Source: Rebecca billardiae RCC1528
Taxonomy: Eukaryota > Protista > Haptophyta
Reading direction: 5' to 3'
Assembly: GCA_965240325.2 (NCBI GenBank)
Contig: OZ251222.1
Location: 930,001 to 994,000 of the forward strand
Length of the DNA: 64,000 nt
The notes beneath the pieces were generated by a model. The model was given only the letters and a program-made list of their open reading frames with translations, searched no databases and was not told the DNA's origin. The stretch's first letter is position 1; each line of letters opens with the position of its first letter. Of this stretch, positions 21,066 through 33,562 are shown piece after piece. Position numbers and translations under genes: made by a program.

Positions 21066-22130
21066 TCAGCGCTCGGCGCGGATGGGCACGACCTCCTCGC
21101 CGCGAGCACCGAGGCGTCCCGCCTCGCCGGCATCGTACTGCTCGTATGTTTGTCCAGCCGCGAGTGCCGCCGCGTCCCCGGCCTCGCCAGGCAGGAGCTG
21201 CTGCAGCAGTGAGTACTCGAGCTCGAGCTCCTCCTGGGCGAGCGTGCCGCCCTGCTTGGCGAGCTCGGCATCCGTGGCGAAGCGCTCGAGCACGTTCGAG
21301 ATCGAGCGCGCCTTCGGGAAGCCCGGCAGCCCCTGCACCTCGAACGTCTTGCCCACGGCCGCGGGCTCGACCAGCAGCCCGCACAGGAGCTCGGCCACGT
21401 CGTTGCGGTTGATGCGGCCCACGGCCATGTCGCCCTGGGACATGACCGGCCGCCCGACGGGCCAGTCGTCGTTCAGGCCCGTCGGACGCACGACCACGTA
21501 GCGGCAGCTCGTCCCGCGCAGGACGTCCTCGCTCTTGCGCTTCTCGTCGAGGATGCCAAACGGGTTGAGGCGCACGATGGGGATGTCCGCCGCGCCTGCA
21601 AACTTGGCACGCTTCTCCTCATCCCAGGTGGTTCGGGTCACGCCGGCCGAGGAGCACATGATGAGCTCGGGCGTGTCCGACGCTCGCCCGCTCGTCTCAC
21701 GCTGGGTGTGGATGCACTTGGCCAGCGTCTCCATGCCGTCAATGTCGACCGTCTTCTTCGAGTACAGGCTGATCAGGCCCATCAGCTTCGCCCACGCAGA
21801 GTCCCCGTCCGAGAAGCCCGTCGCACACCAGATGGCAGCGTCGGCGCCCTGGGTCACCTTCATCATCTTCTTCTCGTTACGCACGTCGCATCTCACGATC
21901 TCAAGCCGGCTCTTGGCTTCTTTCGACGCACGCGCGTTCTCCTTGATAAAGTCGTCGAGTCGCTCGCGGGATGAACTAGAGCGCGTGAGAGCAACCACGC
22001 TGGTGTTGGTGCGCTCGAGGAGCGTGCGAACCACCCGCGAGCCCACGCGCCCACTGGAACCAGCGACAACGACCCGCGACGGGAAGCGGGTGACCGCCAG
22101 GATCGACACGACCGCGGCGAACACGGTCAT
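21066..22130 (-). CDS. NAD(P)-binding Rossmann-fold protein (atypical SDR), probably plastid-targeted
   Basis: VVVAGSSGRVG, VDIDG, SSAGVTR, EKRKSEDVLR..YVVVRPTGL, GRINRNDVAE motifs; short hydrophobic leader. Confidence 0.88.
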   Translation of the reverse strand: MTVFAAVVSILAVTRFPSRVVVAGSSGRVGSRVVRTLLERTNTSVVALTRSSSSRERLDDFIKENARASKEAKSRLEIVRCDVRNEKKMMKVTQGADAAIWCATGFSDGDSAWAKLMGLISLYSKKTVDIDGMETLAKCIHTQRETSGRASDTPELIMCSSAGVTRTTWDEEKRAKFAGAADIPIVRLNPFGILDEKRKSEDVLRGTSCRYVVVRPTGLNDDWPVGRPVMSQGDMAVGRINRNDVAELLCGLLVEPAAVGKTFEVQGLPGFPKARSISNVLERFATDAELAKQGGTLAQEELELEYSLLQQLLPGEAGDAAALAAGQTYEQYDAGEAGRLGARGEEVVPIRAER

Positions 22131-22304
22131 GGCCACGCCGCGTGTCGGCTTCGGGTCGCAGCGCCTCCGCCGCCGCGCGGGCGGGCAAATAAGACGGGCG
22201 AGGCAGAAGCTTCGGGAACCTCCAGGCGCCCGGCAGGCGGTGGAATTCTTTTTTGGTGCAAATGCCAAATAACACCGATGGCGGCCCGCGGCTGATCGAT
22301 ATAT

Positions 22305-22548
22305 TGGCGTCAATCTCGCCTGCCTGAGCTGTGTGCGTCTCTTATTCTTAGTAAACTGTAACGACGTGGTATGCAACGGGCAGGCGTCAGAGTTAGCAAG
22401 CTGCTGTAGCAGCAGATCGAGCAGCAGGGACAAACACCAGGATCAGCGCTCCTCGCCGTCGTCCCCCCCCCTCGTAGCCGCCCATCACTCCATCGCCGAG
22501 CGGAACAGCAGCGCCGGCGGGAAGCTCGACGCTCACCGCTGGCGACGC
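22305..22548. mobile_element. ~55-bp dispersed motif (minus orientation, 22305-22360) joined to a ~190-bp repeat also present at 42688-42860
   Basis: Reverse complement of TACAGTTTACTAAGAATAAGAGACGCACACAGCTCAGGCAGGCGAGATT, followed by CGTGGTATGCAACGGGCAGGCGTCAGAGT… shared with 42690. Confidence 0.75.
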
Positions 22549-22996
22549 TCACTGTCGCTCACACTCACAGACACAGTCACGCACCCCGGGACGCGCAGTC
22601 TGGCGGCTATCATTGTCATTGACCGTATACTGACCCGGACTTATCGTCGTCCGACTCTAAGATTAATGACCTCGGTCACTACTGTTTCAGAATCATTCAC
22701 TTCATTCAGAGAGTTGAGTGAACTACTCACTAGTTACTTCCGCCGAGTGATTATCATTTGGCGATTTTCAGAGTAGCTGCCAGGAACAAAAAAAATTGAC
22801 TTAGATCTACGAAGGCCGTCTGGCCCCGACAACCCCGGCGGCGGTCGGCGGACCTTAGGCCCGAGACTCGGAAGTCGATCAGCTGCGACGATGAATGTCG
22901 CGACCATGAGGCATGACGCACCGTGCCCGTTGCCGTTGGTTGTGGGCCACTCGTGCGTGAGGTGTCCTCTGTCTCAGCGGCGCTCGTCGTGCTGCC

Positions 22997-24016
22997 TCAG
23001 AAGAAGCAGAGCTTGAGGACGAGCGCGAAGAGCGCGTGGCAGACCGCCATGCCCGCGAGCAGCATGTACCCCCGCTTCATCGACTCCGAGTCCGAGTAGG
23101 GGAAGCAGTCCTGCAGGTGCGCGTACACGTTGGAGAGGATGAACGCGCTCGAGGACGCGCAGCCGAGCGCGATCACCACCCAGCGCAGCGCGGAGGACGG
23201 GACGACGCAGACGAGCGAGACGGGGACGAACGTGGCGAGCGAGTACCCGTACAGGCACACGATGTCTACCAGCCGCTTGTTCGCCTGCATGTACCGCAGC
23301 ACGCCCCACGCCGCGAGCGGCGCCAGGGTCACGTACGTGTACACCGCGGACGAGCCGCCCGTGAGCAGCGTGAAGTCGTAGGTCCACGTGGGCTGCGCCT
23401 CGGACGCCTTGAAGGCCATGCGCTTGGCCAGGTTGCCGGTCACGCCGATCACGAAGACGAGCGTCGTCGCTATCCAGAACGGCCCGTACAGGTCGGCGTT
23501 GGACGCGATGACCTCGAAGAATTGCGCGCGCGGTCGTGGCAGCACGGCGTGCACGACGCGTGTCAAGATGTGCGCCGAGTCGACGTCGAAGAGCGGCTTG
23601 TAGTAGGCCAGCTGCCACGGCGTGGCACCCGCGCTCGAGCCGTCGCCGCTGTCCGCACCCCCGGCCGCGCCGCTGCCTCCCGTGCCGGCTGTCGGGCTGC
23701 CGACCTTCACGACGCTCGGCTTGGGCGTGCGGTCGTCGCGCAGGATGCTGGCCGATTCGCTGGCGCGGCCGCCGCCGCAGGAGCCCATCGAGCCGATCGA
23801 GCCACCGGCGTTGCCCACGTTCTGGGCGCTGGGGGACCCGCCCACGCTGATGTCCTCGAACTCGAGCGAGTGCGGGTTCAGCTCGCCGCCCGAGCCCATG
23901 TCGTCCACCTCCGGCATCGCAGCGCCGGAAGGGGTCGCCCCGGAGGCGGAGGCGGAGCCGGGGGGGTTGGACTTGTCCCCACCGTACACTGTCGACATCT
24001 CCTCCGAGCTCAGCAT
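22997..24016 (-). CDS. Yip1-domain Golgi membrane protein (YIPF1/YIPF2-like)
   Basis: WQLAYYKPLFDVD, DLYGPFWIATTLVF and CLYGYSL motifs with about 5 TM helices. Confidence 0.92.
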   Translation of the reverse strand: MLSSEEMSTVYGGDKSNPPGSASASGATPSGAAMPEVDDMGSGGELNPHSLEFEDISVGGSPSAQNVGNAGGSIGSMGSCGGGRASESASILRDDRTPKPSVVKVGSPTAGTGGSGAAGGADSGDGSSAGATPWQLAYYKPLFDVDSAHILTRVVHAVLPRPRAQFFEVIASNADLYGPFWIATTLVFVIGVTGNLAKRMAFKASEAQPTWTYDFTLLTGGSSAVYTYVTLAPLAAWGVLRYMQANKRLVDIVCLYGYSLATFVPVSLVCVVPSSALRWVVIALGCASSSAFILSNVYAHLQDCFPYSDSESMKRGYMLLAGMAVCHALFALVLKLCFF

Positions 24017-24244
24017 GGCGCCGTGCTCCGCCAGCGTGAGGCGGGCGGCTGCGTTGAGGCCACCGCGCGGCCTTTCGGGAGCTGGGTCGCTTGCCGCAAC
24101 GCGGCCGAGCCGCTCCTGTCCGGCTGAGCGGCAGGTGGACCCGGATTGACGACCGTGACGGACTGACGTCACGGTCTGAGTGTAAAGACTGTTAACAGTA
24201 CTCAGTAGTATCATCACTGATCAATACCGTATCATACTGCTGTG

Positions 24245-24639
24245 GTCAGCTACAGGCTGGGGTACTGTGGTTTTTCGGCCATCGCGGCCACCGCCGTTGC
24301 GCCGGCCAGAGCGGCGAGGGCCACACGTCTCGTCGTCAGCCAAAACTCGGAGTGGCCGCATGCACGCTTCGAACGACGGCACACCGATGTGGCGGACGCT
24401 CGTGGTCGGTTATCGAAACGGCAAGGCGATACGATTGGCATATGCGAGTGAGTACTTCTCCACACATTCTTGTAGGTTGTCCTAGGAGGCCCGTTTGTAT
24501 GAAAGTAATCCCCACGCCACATACAAAGAATCGAGATCGCGCGCGCGAACATTGTCCTATTTGCCAATACGGTAGAGGAGTCGGGGGGGGAGCATCAGGT
24601 AAAAGTGTGTTTTGTGTCAGCTACAGGCTGGGGTACTGT
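24245..24639. repeat. Segment bounded by an exact 24-bp direct repeat
   Basis: GTCAGCTACAGGCTGGGGTACTGT at 24245-24268 and 24616-24639. Confidence 0.85.
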
Positions 24640-25505
24640 ACTAGTACAGTAAGAGTACAGTGACACAGTACGTAAGCTAGTATCACAGTCTCACTCATCA
24701 CTCATCAGTGTCCGACTCTGTCCGAGACACAGACTCCGAGTGGCTGAGCCTGAGTAATGCGGATCCGATTACTACCGTAGCACGGTGAGCCGTACCGGAC
24801 CCGTTGCACGCGTGAGCGCCGAAAAAACGACACTTTGGCAGTGATAGTCATCAGCACCGTCGCCGCATCGTGGGCATGCCGCTGCCGCCGCCGGCGGCGG
24901 CAGCGGGAGCGTGGCAGCAGATCTACCACCTTCCGCGTTACGCGCTGCGTCGTGCGCGCCAGGTGGCAGGTTTCCCAGGTCCGCCGCGCGGAAGGCAGCG
25001 TGAGCGGTCGGCGAGCGCACGGAGATGAGAAGTAAGCGCGCATCGTGAGAGCTTCAGCAGCTTGCCCACGCGCTTCACGAAGGCGGTGTGGTTGCGTGCG
25101 CACGCCTTCTGTACCCGTCCCCGCGATCAAAGCGTGAGCCACTCCCTAGGTCTTGCCTGCGCATCGCGGGCCGCGCCTCGTCTCCTGAATCCTCGTTCAC
25201 GAGGACAGCACGTGTATCCGTGTACGCGCTCGCGGCCGATGGCGGCTCCCCGCGTCGAGAGCCGTTTGGCTGGAGCCGCATCCAAGGGCATGTATCCTCA
25301 CGGCCCCACCCGATGCTGACGCTGAGGTGGCGTGCTTGCCGAAGGTAGCCGCATTGGCTGATCTCTCTGCCTTTGGGCAACCCTTTGCAACCGCGCCGGC
25401 TCACGCTGCCAGCGCGCGCGCGGCGTGGCTTCGTGGTGGACACCTGCCCTGGGTTTTGTCGTTCGTTCTCAGCGACGGTTGGGTCGATTGACATGCGGAT
25501 TGGAT

Positions 25506-25538
25506 TGGTGCATTGCGAATCGGCTTCGCAATGCACCA
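25506..25538. repeat. 14-bp stem hairpin
   Basis: TGGTGCATTGCGAA-TCGGC-TTCGCAATGCACCA. Confidence 0.85.
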
Positions 25539-26109
25539 TTGCGCTCGGATCGGCGCGGACGTCAGCCATGCGGCAGCGCGAGCGACAAAACCGCGAGATT
25601 TCATACGCTTGTCGTTTTTTCATACGCTCACGGTTACTCACCCGTGCAACGGGTCACCGGTTAGTAACTCGTCCCGCCCCGGCGCTGGCCTGGCTAATTA
25701 CCAATGAGACGAGCCCGAGTTCGTGTCTTCGGTCCGCCTGGCAGTCGTCACCCCGCACCCGGCGGGGCCCGCCGGACTACACTCTACAGGCCCGGCCGCA
25801 GGCGGACCGGGCTGAACGATTTTTTCTGGCGGCGCTACCATCGGCGGCGACGGCAGTCTGAGTCATGAATCATGGGCGGTGACAGCAGACACTCTAGACA
25901 GTTGGCGGGCGTCAATCTCGCCTGCCTATGTAGTCAGCCTGAGCTCAGAGCTGAATGTGCGTCTCTTATTCTTAGTAATATGACCGCGTTCCGCGGTCCT
26001 TCCGTAGAACCAACGCAGTTAGAGGCCCGCAGTGGCACCCTCCGTCGGCTGCTGTCTCAGTCGGACATGTGTAACAGTTCGTTCGCCTGAGCTGCCACCG
26101 CCACAACTC

Positions 26110-27530
26110 AGTCAGTTGCCGCCCACCGGGCCGGCGGGCCGAGGACTGTCGCCGGCGGGCCGCCGCGCGGGGAAGCGGCCGCCGCGGCAGCGGCGCGCGC
26201 GCGCAGGCAGGGCGAGAGGCGCCGCGCGGCGCGGGCCGGCGCGTGCGCGCGTGCGGGCGCACCTGCTTGAGGCGCTCGCGCGGCGCCATGCGCTCGACGA
26301 CGGGCCGCTGGTCGCTCACTCAGCCGGCGCGCCTCGTGCCGGCAGACGGAGCGAGAGCGCGCGCCACGCAGTGCTGCCCCGGCCTGCGCTGCCGGCAGCC
26401 GCGCACCGAGACCGAGCGGAGCTCGGGGTGGAACGAGGCGAGCGGCGCGTCGCGCCTGCCGCCGCGCGTGCGCGCCTGCTCCACCGCGCCGCCGTGCTCG
26501 CCCGCCGCCTCCTCCGCCGCGTCGGCCTCGAAGACGGCTGCGGCGGCCCGAGCCAGCGGCACGGGCTGAGCCCGTGCGCGCTGGCACCCGGCGCCGATCG
26601 CCTCGACGGCCGTCTACTCCACAGCTGGCTGCTCGAGCTGCTGCACGGGGCGTTGCGACGAGGGCGCCACGCGCGCCCAGCGCGTCCGTCGCCGCGTCGC
26701 GCAGCGCGTCGAGCTCGGCGCCGCGCTTCGCCAGCTCGGCGCCCAGCGCCTCCGCACTCGCAGTTGGCATGCGCGAGCGCCAGCGTGCGCATGCCGGACA
26801 CGGTGCTGCTGCTGGACTGCTCCGTCGCGGCGGATGTGGCGAGCGAGACGATGGAAGGGCACGCGAGCAGCGCCGCCAGCAGCGCGCCGAGGTAGTCTCA
26901 CGTGGTGCCTAGGTTGCGCGTGCCCAGCAGGCTGAGCATGCCGGCCTGGCGCGCTGCTCGGCTGCTTGGAGGCCGAGCGAGTGCATCGGAGTGGAGGGCC
27001 GCTCCGAATCGCGCTGGCCCGCGCGCGGCACGCCTGCGCCTGCCGCCGAATCGCGCTGGTCGCCCGTGCGCGGCACGCCTGCACCTGCCGCCGAATCGCG
27101 CTGGTCCGCGCGCGGCGCGCCTGCGCCTGCAGCACCCCCGCCCTGACCGCGGGGCGGCGGCGGTGCTCGGGCGGCTGATCACCGTCGAGCGCTGCGAGCG
27201 GCGCGAAGCGGTTGGCGGCAGCGCTTGTGGTGAAGTCAGTGATCAGGCGTTTCGCGCCACCGCCGCCGAGCGTGCCCACCGCCTCCAGCGCAGTGCGGAC
27301 CCCTTCGATGAGGCGGGCGATCGACCCAAGATTGACTCCGTACTGCTTCCAAGGCCGCCGTCGTGAGCGCGCGATGCTTTCCCTGCACGACGGAGATGGT
27401 TGCAGCGACTGCCTTGAGCGTCTTCGCTGTTGGGGTCTTGACAACCTCAGATGCGCGCAGAGTGCTCAGTACGCGGAGCGCGCACTCCTCCTCGGCGCCG
27501 CACGTCAATGATCCACCCGTCGGCATAGTG
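26110..27530 (-). pseudogene. Degenerate gene fragments: a coiled-coil-like piece (26110-26890) and a possible LINE ORF1 relic (26900-27530) with 42-45-bp tandem repeats
   Basis: AELAKRGAELDALRDAA…; TTSAAANRFAPLAAL (NRFxPL-type motif); CCGAATCGCGCTGG at 27004, 27046 and 27091. Confidence 0.35.
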
Positions 27531-27608
27531 GCCAGCGATCGGCTCGTGTGCGGAAGCGCGACGCGGTCCGTCGGTCCAGGGCTATTGTGCCGGTAACTAG
27601 CATAAGAC

Positions 27609-28476
27609 TAAGAGACGCACACAGCTCAGGCAGGCGAGATCTAGCAAACAGCGCGCTCGGTACGCCGACATGCAGTTTGAAACAGTATATGACCCATGCA
27701 CATGCGCACTTTGTCAAAACAATACGGCCCTTGGACCGGCGACCAAGTTTTCAACGTCGATGAGACGATGACTAAACTTTACTGACAATGGCACGCCCAC
27801 CGGTTAGTTATTGACTCACGTCCGGGCGCGGCTATTTCGTCAATCGCGTCTTGCTAATGGAGAGCAATGGGCCAATGTACGTATGTACCCCTCGAAAACG
27901 GAAAAAGCGAAAACTCACCCTCCAACAGCCCTCAAAATCGTCCCCCGTCCCCTATTCTTTGATCAATAGATCTTTTTGACAACGTAGTGAGGGCCCCCGG
28001 CGGGGCTCCACGCTACGCGCTCCGCCCTGCACCGCGGGCCACATAAGAGACGCACACAGCTCAGGCAGGCGAGATCTAGCAAACAGCGCGCTCGGTACGC
28101 CGACATGCAGTTTGAAACAGTATATGACCCATGCACATGCGCACTTTGTCAAAACAATACGGCCCTTGGACCGGCGACCAAGTTTTCAACGTCGATGAGA
28201 CGATGACTAAACTTTACTGACAATGGCACGCCCACCGGTTAGTTATTGACTCACGTCCGGGCGCGGCTATTTCGTCAATCGCGTCTTGCTAATGGAGAGC
28301 AATGGGCCAATGTACGTATGTACCCCTCGAAAACGGAAAAAGCGAAAACTCACCCTCCAACAGCCCTCAAAATCGTCCCCCGTCCCCTATTCTTTGATCA
28401 ATAGATCTTTTTGACAACGTAGTGAGGGCCCCCGGCGGGGCTCCACGCTACGCGCTCCGCCCTGCACCGCGGGCCA
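27609..28476. repeat. Tandem duplication, 2 x 435 bp, apparently identical
   Basis: Constant 435-bp offset. Each unit starts with the dispersed TAAGAGACGCACACAGCTCAGGCAGGCGAGAT motif. Confidence 0.95.
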
Positions 28477-28953
28477 TAATAATACGAACTGAGTATAAGC
28501 TCAGGGCGCCACTTTCGGCACTTTGGCTTTGCGGCACGGTCCGGCGCGGGACCGGCGGGCCTTGGGCCTCGGGGCCCGGCCGGAGTGCACTGGCGGCACT
28601 CTGGCAGGTAGTGACTGTGAGGTACTGAGGGCATGCTGGCGGGACCACGGTTCGGGCGTTACGGGCTTGAAGTAGTGCCAGCTGCCCGCCGTAAAGTCTG
28701 CCCGGCAGCATGCCTCCATGACCGCGGGCGCGGCGGCCCACGGCCAACAGCCGGCCAGGCTCGCAGTGCGCGCAGCCGAGGCCATCGCCCGACGGTAGCT
28801 ACATACAGTGCACCACTCACCTGCCGGCTGCTGGCGGCGCCCGCAAAGGCTGCGCGGCCAGGCCTGCGGCCGCAGCGCGCGTCCCGGCGCCCGCCCGAGG
28901 CCAGGCCGACCGGCCGGGGCTGGTTCGGAACGCCGGGCCGTGCGCGCGAGCGC

Positions 28954-31900
28954 TCACTCCGCCCACGACGGTGCGTCGCGCGCGCGCCGCTCGTCCGCGA
29001 GCCCCAGTGCCGTGCGCAGCCCTTCGACCGTCGCCTCGAGCGCGCCGACGCGCAGCAGCACCGTCTCAAGCCTGCGGCCCTGCGCGCCCATCGCGCCCTG
29101 CAGCTCCTGCGCCGCCGCGCGGGGCGCGCGCGCCGGGGTGGTGCCGCGCGCGCGGCGAGCGGCGTGGCGCGAGCGGCTCAGCTGGCGCGGCGCACCGCCA
29201 CTCCGCGGGCGGGGCCGAGCCTCCGCGCGGCGCGGCGCGCGCACCTGACACTGCTCGGTCGCGACGACGCGCGGCGCGCAACTAGCGCCGCCCGCGCCCG
29301 CCTGCTCGCGCGCGCCGCCGCGCCGCGCGCTCAGCGCCGCGTGCGCGCGCTCGGCGTCGGCAAGCAGCTGCGTGAGGGCCGCGCGCCGTGCCAGCTGCTC
29401 CGCACGGAGCTCGGTCACGGCCAGGGCGCCGGCGCTCTCCTGCGCACGGGCGGCGCGCGCGCGCGGGCGGCGCGGGCGCGGTGGCCGCGCGCAGGAGAGC
29501 GGGGTCAGCGCGCCGCGCGACAGCGGGCGCGCGCGGGTGGCGCGCGGCGCGCACGCACCTCCGCGCTCAGCGACGGCTGCCACGCGCGCGCGAGCAGCCT
29601 GTGCAGCGAGCTCGCCCGCTCGGTGAGGTTCGCCTGGTACGCCTGCGCGAAACGCGCCTTGTGAGCGAGCGTGTCCGCGCGCGCCGCGGCCCGCTGTATC
29701 TCCGCCTCGAGATCAGAGAGAGAGTCGCGCTGCATCCCATGCACAAGCGCGCCGAGCCGCGCGTGCGCGTGCGCGCCGAGCTCGAGCGCGGGCAGCACGG
29801 CGTGATGCTTCAGCGCCATGGCCGCGGCGTGGTACGCTTCGAGCCCGCTCTCGCCGGCGCCGGCGCGCGCGAGCGCGGCCTCTCGCGACGCGGGCGGCGC
29901 CGCGTCCGTGCCGCCCAGCTGGTACAGCCCAGCCTGCGCCGCGCGCACGAGCGCGCGCAGCCGCGCGGCGTGCGCGCGGTGCGCGTCCGCCGCGCCACCC
30001 TCGCCCTCGTCCGCCGCGCCGCCCGCGCCCTCACGCCCGTCGGCGCGCGCCTCGTCCGGCCCGAGATCGTCGGAGCCGGCGGGTGGCGGCGGAGGCACAG
30101 CGTCGAGCGACGCGCGGCGGAGCAGACCGTCGACGCCGAGCGCAAGGATTTCGGAGCCGTCCGCGCCGACGGGCGCGAGCGCCGCGCACGCGCCGAGCAG
30201 CAGCGGGCGCACGCCCACCAGTGGCTGTGCGCTCGACGCGCCCGCGGGCCGGTGCGAGCCGCCTCGCACGATCCGAAACGGCGCGCCGAGATCCGCATCT
30301 CGCGCGCCCTCCTCGCCCTCCTGGGCGGCGGCGTCGTCGGCGTCGGGCGTGTCGGCGCGGGCACCGCCGCCGCGCGCCGCGCGCTCGTGCGCGCTCGCGC
30401 GCGCGCCCGCCGCGTCGAGCAGCTCCGCCTCAGCGGGCAGCACGGGGCGGGTGAGTCCGTGTGCAGCCGGCAGGTCGGGCGGCGCGTCCGCGCGCGCGGC
30501 CGCCTCCGCCTCGCCGCGCACGAACGCGCCGAGCGCCGCCGCCCACGGCACGTGCACGGCGTGCACGCCCAGGCAGTCCCGGACGAGCAGGCGGTCGTCG
30601 CACGTCGGGTCCGCCAGCAGCTCGACCCACGAGCGCGCGGCCGGCGCGGGCACGAGCTGGCTGGTCGTCGAGGCGTCCGTGCGGGCGCGCGCCAAGCCGC
30701 CGTCGTCAGCCGTCGCCGCGCGCACGCACGCGCGCGGCCACGCCACGCGCACCACCTGCATGTGCAGCAGCTCGGCACGGCCCTGCGTGCGCGCGTCAGC
30801 GGAGTCCTCGGCGCCGCCGCCGCCGCGGGCGTGGCGAGACCCGCCGCCCGCGCGGCGCGTGTCACTGAACGCCGACGCCGGCTCGGCACGCGGCGTCTCC
30901 GGCCGACGCGCGTGCGCCCAGCACGGCCCCGGCGGCTCGGCGACGAGCAGCAGGTGGACGCTGCCGTCGAGGTGCGCGCGCGCGAGCACGTGCGGCGCGT
31001 GGCGCGAGGGCAGCAGCAGCAGCGCCGCCGCGGCGGACCCGGCGGCCGCCAGCTCCCGGCCGGACAAGACGAGCTGCCCGCCGCCGTCGCCATCGTCGTC
31101 GCCGCTCCCAGAGCTCACGCGCAGCGGGCCCTGCGCGGCCAGCTCGCCGAGCGACTCGTCGTCTTCGGCGGCGCCCGCGTCGTCGGCGGTGCCCGCGATG
31201 CCCACGCCGTCGCGCGCCGACGACGCGATCTCGGCCGCGAGCGATCGCAGCCAGCGCGCCTGCTCAGCGCTCCCGCTCAAGCGCACATCGCGCGCGAGCC
31301 GGAGCGCGTGGCAGCGCGCGTGCGCGCACCGCGGCACGAGCGGGCACACGGCGTAGAGCGCGCCGCGCTCGGTGCACACGTACACCGTGAGCGGCGCCCA
31401 GCCCGGCGCGTCGGCGGGGCCGACGGCGAGCGCGCACGCGCGCTCCCCCGCCGCGTGCGCGTGCGCGTGCGCGTGCGCACGCGGCTGCTCAGACGAATCA
31501 GGCGCCGAGCCGTCGAGGCCCGCCGCGGCGCCTCCGGCCTCGGCGTGCGCGGCGGAGGGCGGCGCGCGCGAGGGCGGCGGGAGCACGCGCACGCTCTGCT
31601 CGGCGCACGCCACGTCCGCGCACAGGTTGAACAGCTCGAGCGCGCCGCACGCGCGCAGCACGAGCAGGTGCGTGCACGACAGCGGGTGCCACTGCACACT
31701 CACAATGGCCGTGGCGTCGGACGCGGCGGGCGGGGGCGTGCGCTCCGCGCGCGGCACGGCCGAGAAGGCGGAGGCGGGGGGCGTGCGCCCGGCGACCGAG
31801 ACCGGCGCGCCGGCCGCGTGCAGCGCCATCGCGCGCATCAGCGAGCCGCTCTCGCCCACCAGCACGGCGTAGCAGATCGGAAGGCTCGAGGCCTCGTGCG

Positions 31901-32384
31901 CGCGCCGCCGAGGCCCGAGCGCGTCGGCGTCGAGCTCGGCGACGCCGTCGGCGCCGGGCTGCGCGTCGGCGAGCAGGTGCAGCGCCACGACCGCGACGTG
32001 CCGCGCGCCGACCAGCGCCACCATGGCGCCGTCCGCCGTGAGCTGCACGGTGTGCACTTCGAAGGGAAGATCAGAGGCCGAGGCGCCGCCGTCGGCCGGC
32101 AGGTCACACGCCGCGAGGCACTGCTGCTGCCGCTCGAACGGCTGCGTGAGGAACTGCGGGTACCGGCGGAGCACATCCGCGGGCAGCACGATCGGCCGCC
32201 AGGCGCGCGACACGCCGGAGCCGCACGCCGGCGTCGCGCGCAGCACGTGATGCTCCGAGTCCCACGCGAGGATGTCGCCCGCCACGCTGTGAGCGATGAG
32301 GCCGCAGCGCCGCAGCGAGGGCATGCGCTCATCGAGGGCTTTGCGATGAGAGCTCGTCGGCTTGCGCGCCAGGATGCGCACCAT
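28954..32384 (-). CDS. NUP88: Nucleoporin Nup88/Nup82-like; exons 32384-29559, 29439-29245, 29106-28954
   Basis: Propeller motifs FEVHTVQLTADGAMVALVG..VAVV, VQWHPLS.THLLVL and WAPLTVYV.TERGALYAVCP, plus a C-terminal coiled coil. Two phase-0 GT-AG introns. Confidence 0.78.
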
Positions 32385-32702
32385 CGCGGGCACACCGGCG
32401 TGAGCGCCACGAAGCCGCGCGGCTCGCTCGGCCACTCGCGCGGTGCCCGATCGGCTACAGCGAGCGCCGTGGCAAAGAGAGGCCGCCCTCTGTGAGCGCT
32501 CCCGGACCCACCCGCACGGACACGGCAGTCCGGACCTTTTCGCCCGAGCGGGTAGACGGCAGCAGGCGATGGCGGCCAGCCGGCCGTGAAAGGTGCGCGT
32601 CGCCTTGGCCTTCTGATCAGCACCTGGCAGGTATCGGCAGGCGAAGGGGCGCGCAGGTCTCGTCTCGCTCACTCGTGAGGCTCGGCGTAAGCTGTCGACA
32701 CC

Positions 32703-33302
32703 ATGGCCGAGCTCGACTTGTCCGGCTTCAACTACGACTTTTCGGACGACGACGAGGAGGAGCCGACCGTCAACGAGCGCGCTGAAGCCGACGAGGCTCG
32801 CGAGGTGCACGAGGCGGCCTCCGCGCCGCCATCCGCGGACAACTCGCGAGAAAGCGCAAGAGGAGACGACGCTCAGCGAAACCTGCCGTCGACGGAGCCG
32901 CAGGCAGCGAGAGCGCCCCATCCGCCACCGCCGCCTCGATACTCAGTCGGTGGCACGAAGAAGGGCAGCTTCCCAGTGCACGTGGAGTCTCGCCGCGCAG
33001 GCAAGAAGGTGACCATCATCTCGAACGTGGCGGGCGACTCCGAGGCGTTCCTGCGCGATCTGAAGGGGGCGCTCGGCACAGGCGGCGTCGCGCGCGGCGC
33101 CGACGTGGAGGTACAGGGAGATCACCTCGCGCGTGTGACTGCATGGCTCACGCGCGTCGGCTGCATCGCAGGCGTCTCGGCGGCCAACAAGTCAGCAGCA
33201 CTTCCGCCCGCCAAGGCGTCGAAGCCGAAGCAAGCCAAGTCGATCAAGGCGCTCGACGCAAAGGCTGCAGCGCATAAGGCTGGAGGCCAGCGCAAGCGCT
33301 GA
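32703..33302 (+). CDS. SUI1/eIF1-domain protein
   Basis: VHVESRRAGKKVTIISNV…LK..LGTGG…VEVQGDH…V..WL. Confidence 0.85.
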   Translation: MAELDLSGFNYDFSDDDEEEPTVNERAEADEAREVHEAASAPPSADNSRESARGDDAQRNLPSTEPQAARAPHPPPPPRYSVGGTKKGSFPVHVESRRAGKKVTIISNVAGDSEAFLRDLKGALGTGGVARGADVEVQGDHLARVTAWLTRVGCIAGVSAANKSAALPPAKASKPKQAKSIKALDAKAAAHKAGGQRKR

Positions 33303-33562
33303 TCGACGGAACCGCGTACCTCATCGTGCTTGACGACGGTCGGACCGCTGCCGCCTACGTGAGACGAGTCGCGGTCGGAGACGCCTGCTGTCAGACCCAA
33401 ACCTCCCGCCCAGGTGCGTGAAGAGCCCGCGCGACTGGGGGAGCGCGACGTCACACGACGTCCGGTGACGCCGGAATGTGATAGTCCGGACTTCGTAGAC
33501 TGGTCAGGTCTCAGTCTGCTCCCAAGGCAGGCCGCCCGCCTGCACCACGTCCACGAACTGGT

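Noticed and set aside
29388-32495. 1035-aa + strand ORF and similar long Arg/Ala-rich ORFs (10383-12725, 7622-9406, 45224-46981)
   Set aside because: These are antisense or off-frame shadows of real genes or repeats in very GC-rich DNA with few stop codons.
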